A stretch of DNA of 64,000 bases from Methanobrevibacter sp. (lineage in GTDB: Archaea > Methanobacteriota > Methanobacteria > Methanobacteriales > Methanobacteriaceae), in assembly GCF_045603845.1 (NCBI RefSeq), contig NZ_JAZUMY010000072.1:4236-68235 (forward strand), given 5' to 3'. Positions 58,070 through 64,000 of this stretch are shown here, one piece after another. Position 1 is the stretch's first letter; each line of letters begins with the position of its first letter. The notes beneath the pieces are model-generated. The model saw only the letters and a list, made by a program, of their open reading frames with translations. It had not been told where the DNA came from and made no database searches. Both the position numbers and the translations under genes were made by a program.

Positions 58070-58888
58070 TTAATACTCATTTATCCTATTCTCATTTTTA
58101 AAATTTTCAAACAATGAATTTGCCCAAAAAATGCAATTTTTATCAGAAGATATTAAAATTCTATTTAAATCAAAAGCCCCATTATCTCTAAAAAATCCCA
58201 AAATCATTTTCTTGTCAGTGCATATCAAAAGAAAATAATTGAAGCTGTTTCCATTAAAATATTCAAGTTTCAGATTATGATTGGAAGTATCTAAATTTTT
58301 AACTAAAATATCCTTGATATCTGTCGGAGTTATAATATGAACGGACCTGTTTTTTGATAATACATTATTCAGTCCATTATTGAACTCATCATATGAAAAA
58401 GGAAGCATTACCTGTACTTTTTTTACGTTTTTAATGGAGTTTGAAATTAAAGAATATACCATATAGGCATCCACACCATTTGATTCGACCAGATGAATAT
58501 TCTTTAAATAATGGAAGTTGCATAATGAATCTTTCGGGAAAAAATTTACATTATGATTTTGAATAATTGGAAAAAGATCTTCCATCATCAACATTAAATC
58601 TTCCAAATCGAATACATTACCCATGCAGACTTTCATTGTATTGGATAAGAAATAATAATTGTTCTCACGATAAATATAGCCATCCAACTCCAGTTTATGG
58701 ACAATATTCGATATTGCACTATAATTAATCTTAGTCTTATAATTTATTTCTTTCATGTTCATAGGACATTCATATAACGTTTTTAGTATTTTCATCCTCA
58801 TAAGGGATTTCGGCAAAAATTTTAAGTCTTCTGATATTGAATAATAGTTTTTTATTGTTTTTGAAATCTCATTCATAATTTTCACCAC
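58070..58888 (-). CDS. Winged-helix regulator with DUF1724-like C-terminal domain
   Basis: RMKILKTLYE.PMNMKEI...SAISNIVHKL; C-terminal MILGFF..NGAFD. Confidence 0.7.
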   Translation of the reverse strand: MVKIMNEISKTIKNYYSISEDLKFLPKSLMRMKILKTLYECPMNMKEINYKTKINYSAISNIVHKLELDGYIYRENNYYFLSNTMKVCMGNVFDLEDLMLMMEDLFPIIQNHNVNFFPKDSLCNFHYLKNIHLVESNGVDAYMVYSLISNSIKNVKKVQVMLPFSYDEFNNGLNNVLSKNRSVHIITPTDIKDILVKNLDTSNHNLKLEYFNGNSFNYFLLICTDKKMILGFFRDNGAFDLNRILISSDKNCIFWANSLFENFKNENRINEY

Positions 58889-58934
58889 CAGTATTACTTA
58901 TCATATTTTTTATAATACTCCATTATAAAACCTG

Positions 58935-58996
58935 TGTAAGTGCGACTAGTCGCCTAATCGCACTTGCAAAAAATATATAAATCATGACTTCAGTCA
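58935..58996. other. GC-rich inverted-repeat cluster in the regulator/tatD divergent intergenic region
   Basis: TGTAAGTGCGA...TCGCACTTGCA stem; nested palindrome GCGACTAGTCGC; TGACT-tc-AGTCA at 58985-58996. Confidence 0.6.
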
Positions 58997-59050
58997 GGAT
59001 AATTTTTTAATTTAAAAGCAATATACTAATAACTAAGTGAAAATTAAAAA

Positions 59051-59824
59051 GTGATTAAAATGATAGACACACATATACATGCTGATGCAAGAAGCGGTGA
59101 AGATTTCAATGAAATGTATGTATCTGGAATAGACACTGCAGTAACATGCGCTTATTATCCATACATCATAAATAATGATAGCATCCTTTTAAATCATTTG
59201 ATGAGAATCCTGAACTATGATACCAAAAGAGCTGAAGAATACGGACTGGACCTGAAAGTCGCATTGGGCATACACCCGACAAACTCCAATGTTGACGGAG
59301 AACTGATTTATGACAATTTATATAAATGGATAGAAAATAAACAAATCATAGCAATTGGAGAAATCGGACTTGAGGACTTGACTGAAAAGGAATACGAAGT
59401 ATTCAAAAAGCAGCTGGACATAGCCGAAGAGACAAAGACAAATGTTATTATCCATACACCCAGAAAAAACAAGGAAAAAGTGCTTGATGAGATATTGAAT
59501 ATTCTGCCTGAGCACATTTCACCGGAATATGTAGTTATAGACCACATTAATTCAAACGTTGTTGATAAGGTAATTTCAACAGACTACACTTTAGGATTGA
59601 CAGTTCAGCCACAAAAAATGGACAAATCTGAAGCCATTGATATTTTAGATGAATATGGTTTTGACAAATTTCTATTAAACAGTGACATGAGCAATAAGCC
59701 TTCAGATCCGTTATCCGTTCCAAGGACAATACGCGAATTGACAAGACAGGGCTTTAATCAAAAAGAAATTGATAAAATCGCATTCAAAAATGCTGAAAAA
59801 TTCTTTAATTTAAATTCATACTGA
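59051..59824 (+). CDS. TatD-family metal-dependent hydrolase
   Basis: IDTHIH, LGIHP, IGEIGL, IIHTP, VIDH, LLNSD. Confidence 0.9.
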   Translation: MIKMIDTHIHADARSGEDFNEMYVSGIDTAVTCAYYPYIINNDSILLNHLMRILNYDTKRAEEYGLDLKVALGIHPTNSNVDGELIYDNLYKWIENKQIIAIGEIGLEDLTEKEYEVFKKQLDIAEETKTNVIIHTPRKNKEKVLDEILNILPEHISPEYVVIDHINSNVVDKVISTDYTLGLTVQPQKMDKSEAIDILDEYGFDKFLLNSDMSNKPSDPLSVPRTIRELTRQGFNQKEIDKIAFKNAEKFFNLNSY

Positions 59825-59918
59825 AAAGGATGATAAATTTAATCATGAAATCAACCGTTAAAAAATAGTAGAATTAAAAAAATAAATATAAGCAATCAAA
59901 AGATTGCTTATTTTGCTT

Positions 59919-60371
59919 CTATTCGAGATATAATCTTACACCTTGGATGATTAAAGCTACACCTATAAGAATTGCAGCGAAAAGAGGTTGATCGATTGAA
60001 AATCCTCCAAGAGCAAAGGATATTATACCTAAAACTATAATTAATACAGAAGCGAGTTTTCCGATTTGTGTATCTGAAATAAGACCAACAATACCTGCTA
60101 AAACCATTAGGATACCAATGATATAGAATTGTAATCCGAAAATGAATGATAATGCAGTAATATTAAATACGAATACCAGCCCCACTATGATGGCCAGAAT
60201 TCCAACAATAATATTGACTGCTGAAAATCCTGATAGTATTAATGCTATACCAAAGAATACTAAACTCAATCCAATAAGAATGGACAGAAATGCGGTACTA
60301 AAAATAGGACAAATTATAAAAATTAATCCTAAAATTATTGATAATAATCCAGATATTTGATTTGATTCCAT
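59919..60371 (-). CDS. Membrane protein (HdeD/DUF308-like repeats)
   Basis: Six short Gly-rich TM segments in a repeating pattern. Confidence 0.7.
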   Translation of the reverse strand: MESNQISGLLSIILGLIFIICPIFSTAFLSILIGLSLVFFGIALILSGFSAVNIIVGILAIIVGLVFVFNITALSFIFGLQFYIIGILMVLAGIVGLISDTQIGKLASVLIIVLGIISFALGGFSIDQPLFAAILIGVALIIQGVRLYLE

Positions 60372-60427
60372 ATTTTTTCCTCCAAAAATTTGATTATATA
60401 TTAAAAAGGGAAATGAGAGTTAAACTC

Positions 60428-61939
60428 TCATTCTTTTTTCGGCTGCAGCCGCAGCGTTGCAATAAATACAACTGCCAGCAGAATTGCCGTTATTATCATT
60501 ACGAATCCCATAGCTTCCTGAATAATGGTATCTACAGCATTCACAAGAGTACTGTCCTGTGTAATATTTTCAGTACCTGCTGTTTGGAGGAAATTTGCTG
60601 CATCATCAAAGAATTGTGGGTCGTTTGAATGCTCTGGTGCATACATATCGATTGCGGTACTAAGACCTCCCATAACTCCAAGAATTAAAATTACCCCAAT
60701 AATTGCTGTACCCATTGATTCACCTAATGTCTGAGTGGTTGTAAGAACACCGGATGCATTGTTTTCATTTTCCTTAGGAATATTGGTTAATGAAATATCT
60801 GTACTTAGAGACATTACGAAACCAAGTCCAGCACCCAATACAAACAAACCAGGCATTAAATCATACATTGATGTGTTCAATCTGAATTGGAAGCTTAAAA
60901 TAATACATCCAATGATTGCGATTAAAGATCCTAATGCTATTAATTTCTTATGACCAACTTTAGTGGATAAACTTGGAGCTGCTATTGCAAATATAAGCAG
61001 ACCTATAGTCATCGGCAGTGTGGTCAAACCTGTATTTAATGCGTTTAACTGCATTACACTTTGCAGGAACAAGGAAACAGCAAACAATGCTCCTCCCATT
61101 GCAAGACAACCAATTAATCTAATGATTGCTCCTACACGTAAATTTCTGTCTTTGAATAATCCCATATCAAGTAACGGTACTTTACCATTACCTTTTCTTC
61201 TACTTTCAAACCATGCAAATGCTGCTAAGATAATTAAACCTGCAACGATTACCATTATACTGGTTGAAGTATCTTTTGTTAGCATTAAAATACCCCATAC
61301 GAACAATACAAGTCCTATTAATGAAATTATAGCACCAGTAATATCCAAATCGCTTTTAGATTCTGTAGGTTTGAAATCAGGTATTTTACTTTGCATTACT
61401 AAAATGAATATAACAAATATTAATTCAATTGCGAATCCCCATCTCCAACTGAAAAATGTTGTCATGACCCCTCCAAAGAGCGGACCGACAGCTGCAGAAA
61501 TGGAAACCATTACACTTTCAATTGCCAATGCAAATGTACGCTGTTCACCATGATAAATTCCACTTATAAGGGAAACAGTAGCAGGTGTCATTAATGCTCC
61601 TGCAATACCTTCAATCAATGCCCATCCGATAAATAACACTCCTGTACTCCAGCTTATAGCTGCGGTAAATGTACCGACACCATAAAGTACGGTACCAATT
61701 ATGAACAGTTTCTTTTTACCAACTATATCCTGAAGTTTGGTACTCAGCAGCATGAATGCTGCAGTGATGAGTGTATAAAAGGACATGATCAATTGAATGG
61801 TACTAACATCAGTATGCAGGTCAACTACAACCTTAGAAATACTAACATTCATGAATGTAGCATCCAATGTTATAATAAATGAAGCACAAGCCACTAATAC
61901 TAATGGAATCCATGAGTGTTGCTTAACAGTTTCATTCAT
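60428..61939 (-). CDS. MFS drug:H+ antiporter (14-TM, DHA2/EmrB-like)
   Basis: LDATFMNVS, DIVGKKK, GPLFGG..T..SWRW.F, DITGA, PLLDM.LF..RN. Confidence 0.9.
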   Translation of the reverse strand: MNETVKQHSWIPLVLVACASFIITLDATFMNVSISKVVVDLHTDVSTIQLIMSFYTLITAAFMLLSTKLQDIVGKKKLFIIGTVLYGVGTFTAAISWSTGVLFIGWALIEGIAGALMTPATVSLISGIYHGEQRTFALAIESVMVSISAAVGPLFGGVMTTFFSWRWGFAIELIFVIFILVMQSKIPDFKPTESKSDLDITGAIISLIGLVLFVWGILMLTKDTSTSIMVIVAGLIILAAFAWFESRRKGNGKVPLLDMGLFKDRNLRVGAIIRLIGCLAMGGALFAVSLFLQSVMQLNALNTGLTTLPMTIGLLIFAIAAPSLSTKVGHKKLIALGSLIAIIGCIILSFQFRLNTSMYDLMPGLFVLGAGLGFVMSLSTDISLTNIPKENENNASGVLTTTQTLGESMGTAIIGVILILGVMGGLSTAIDMYAPEHSNDPQFFDDAANFLQTAGTENITQDSTLVNAVDTIIQEAMGFVMIITAILLAVVFIATLRLQPKKE

Positions 61940-62111
61940 TTTTTCCTAATCCTCCATATCTATAAAATTTATAAGAAAATATTAACAAATTATGTTTAAT
62001 TTAGATGTTCAATATTATTCTCACTAATATTTATCCATTTATTGTTTTATAAAGTTTTTGTTGTTTAATGAACAAAAAATATGATGTTAGTTGCAATTTT
62101 TCAATATATCC

Positions 62112-62159
62112 GAACATTCGTTCACCATATCAATTTTAGATGTAACAGAACGTTCGTTC
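62112..62159. promoter_or_regulatory. Two TetR-type operator candidates in the MFS/tetR divergent promoter
   Basis: GAACATTCGTTC (62112-62123) and GAACGTTCGTTC (62148-62159; AGAACG-tt-CGTTCT perfect inverted repeat). Confidence 0.65.
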
Positions 62160-62202
62160 TCTATATTATTTAATAATAATAAAAGATAATATTATTAAAT
62201 GT

Positions 62203-62808
62203 ATGAATACAAAAGAATTAATTTTAGCAAAGACTTTAAAATTAATGTTTGAAAAACAGAACTCCCTCGTTTCAATTAGAGAAATTAGTGATATCTCAGG
62301 AATTGCTATTGGAGGAATATACCATTATTTTTCAAGTAAAGAAAAAATATATAATGAAATTACTGAAAGATACTTGATAAATTATATCAAATTCGATATG
62401 GACAAACTCAAGCAGATAAAAGGAAATGCAAAAGAAAAAATCCACGATGCCCTGGCTGAAATGTTTAAAGAAAAGCAAAGCGGAATCGAAATTGAAACGA
62501 TTGATAATGTAGATTATAGGATTATAGTTGATGTTTTAACTGCAAATGTGCTTGCTTATGAAAATTCTCACGAGATTTACCGAAATGTCTTGAAAGAATT
62601 AATGGAACTCTTCACAGAAATTACTGTAGAAGGTCAAAATAACAGAGAAATCAGACAAGACCTCCCAGCCAAAGACATTGCAGAGTCCTTAATTCGCATA
62701 TACTTAGGAATTCAATATAAATGGGAGGTATATTGGATTGATGACATGGTTTCATCCTTTGAAGACAATTTTGACTTGGAATGGGAAAAGATAAGATTCA
62801 AAGAATAA
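62203..62808 (+). CDS. TetR/AcrR family regulator
   Basis: SIREISDISGIAIGGIYHYFSSKEKI. Confidence 0.9.
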   Translation: MNTKELILAKTLKLMFEKQNSLVSIREISDISGIAIGGIYHYFSSKEKIYNEITERYLINYIKFDMDKLKQIKGNAKEKIHDALAEMFKEKQSGIEIETIDNVDYRIIVDVLTANVLAYENSHEIYRNVLKELMELFTEITVEGQNNREIRQDLPAKDIAESLIRIYLGIQYKWEVYWIDDMVSSFEDNFDLEWEKIRFKE

Positions 62809-62840
62809 TAAAATTACAACGAAAAACATGATGTGGTTAG

Positions 62841-63443
62841 ATGAACACTAAAGATATGATTGTTGAGAAAACGCTTAAATTAATATTGGAGAAAAACACA
62901 ATTGACATTTCAATCAGTGAAATTCGAAATGCCACAGGACTGACAACAGGCGGCATATATTATCATTTTTCAGATAAAAGCGATATATTTGAAGCAATTC
63001 TTCAAAAGTATATGGTGGATTATATTAAAATCGATTTTGATCAAATCATTCTTGAAGGTTCATCAAGGGAGAAAATTCATGACGCCTTGTCTTATATTTT
63101 ACATCACTACATAAACGGCGTGGAAATTGAAAACATCAATGAAAACATCAATTATAATGATGTGATACTTCTTTTAACCGCAACAGGATATGCCGAGGAT
63201 GAGGTTAACAGCATAGTTGCACAAACAGGAAAAGATATTAGAATATTTTTAACCGACCTTGTCGAAGATGGCAAAAGGAGAAATGAAATCAGACAGGACT
63301 TCTCAACTGAAAACATTGTCGAAACATTGATTGTAATGTTTATGGGAATTCAATATTCTTGGTTAATTTTTTCAAATGATAATACTGATTCCATTTTTGA
63401 GAAAAACTTTGATATAACCTGGCAGGCCATCAAATGCCAGTAA
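62841..63443 (+). CDS. TetR/AcrR family regulator (paralog of the upstream gene)
   Basis: SISEIRNATGLTTGGIYYHFSDKSDI; shared EKIHDAL and EIRQD motifs. Confidence 0.9.
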   Translation: MNTKDMIVEKTLKLILEKNTIDISISEIRNATGLTTGGIYYHFSDKSDIFEAILQKYMVDYIKIDFDQIILEGSSREKIHDALSYILHHYINGVEIENINENINYNDVILLLTATGYAEDEVNSIVAQTGKDIRIFLTDLVEDGKRRNEIRQDFSTENIVETLIVMFMGIQYSWLIFSNDNTDSIFEKNFDITWQAIKCQ

Positions 63444-63488
63444 AAACTATTTTTTAATCTTTTAAAATTCTTCACAGAAGTGTTATTT

Positions 63489-64000
63489 ATGGACAGAAAA
63501 ATTATTATAATTGGAATAATACTGCTTATCATAGCAGCAGGAGTTATTTTTGTAATGTTAACCACAGTAAACTATGAAAGAATTGATATAACACCAAACG
63601 GAACTACAATAGAAGTTCCCGCCAACGAAACCAAATATGTGAAAAATATTGAGGGAGCCAAAATATGGAATTGGAACAATGGAATACTGGTCACATACAA
63701 CAGTCACGAGGATCCCAATTTTATCCAAGTAACAGAATTAGGATTCACTGCACTAAATGAGCTTATAAAAAGTGGAGAAAAACAGGAGATTGATGGTGTT
63801 ACATGTTATGTCCTAAATGCTGATGAATTATTGGAAATCCACTTATTTGATGTCATTAAAGTGAATTATAACGGTAAATTTTATTGCATTCCATTATCTA
63901 ATGAAACAACCCAAGACAATATTTTAATCCTGTGCAACGACAGGGATATTGCAGTTCACATGGCCAAATCCATAGTGTACAAAAATGTTTATCCGGACAA
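63489..64000 (+). CDS. Membrane-anchored exported hypothetical protein (partial, runs off window)
   Basis: MDRKIIIIGIILLIIAAGVIFVML signal anchor followed by an open frame to the window end. Confidence 0.7.
   Translation, partial: MDRKIIIIGIILLIIAAGVIFVMLTTVNYERIDITPNGTTIEVPANETKYVKNIEGAKIWNWNNGILVTYNSHEDPNFIQVTELGFTALNELIKSGEKQEIDGVTCYVLNADELLEIHLFDVIKVNYNGKFYCIPLSNETTQDNILILCNDRDIAVHMAKSIVYKNVYPD

Noticed and set aside
1-64000. tRNA, rRNA, CRISPR arrays, integrases or transposases
   Set aside because: None recognised on either strand by manual inspection; tRNAscan-SE/Infernal would be needed to exclude small RNAs

Overview
AT-rich chromosomal segment of a Methanobacteriales archaeon, most likely Methanobrevibacter. 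Evidence: mtrA, nikR, tfrB, iorAB, pseudomurein Mur/MraY cluster, aMBF1, NAC and adhesin-like Ig repeats. No rRNA, tRNA, CRISPR array or recognisable IS element was seen. Left to right: pan (partial)/aMBF1; a pseudomurein operon (Ntn-like exported protein, POTRA/FtsQ-like, Mur ligase, MraY-like, ATP-grasp) behind nikR, a PRMT-like methyltransferase and hycI (apparent ATT start); a thermonuclease with a poly-A frameshift; AKR, MATE and a soluble MtrA paralog; a bacterial-type AKR/hydrolase/MarR island; divergent GNAT and nicotianamine-synthase genes sharing a repeated operator; aksF coupled to an adenylate-forming ligase; argB; three PD-(D/E)xK-like paralogs; tarIJ; an unannotated 34-aa very basic smORF; argJ preceded by nac, a phosphoesterase, a NYN RNase and a membrane cyclase/GGDEF-like gene; FUSC, AKR, tag, adhesin, CMD and MFS; an SSS/paaK/ACT/iorAB aryl-acid module with TrpY-type TGTACA boxes; tfrB, trmJ, dcd, glyS, tatD; and an MFS with tandem TetR genes. 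Best candidates for undescribed systems: (1) the cyclase-like + NYN RNase + phosphodiesterase operon; (2) TrpY-box control of an aryl-acid salvage module; (3) an exported Thr-Ntn-like enzyme in the pseudomurein operon; (4) an aksF-coupled ligase as a candidate coenzyme B step; (5) the NAS-GNAT metallophore pair. All product calls come from recognised motifs, not database searches.
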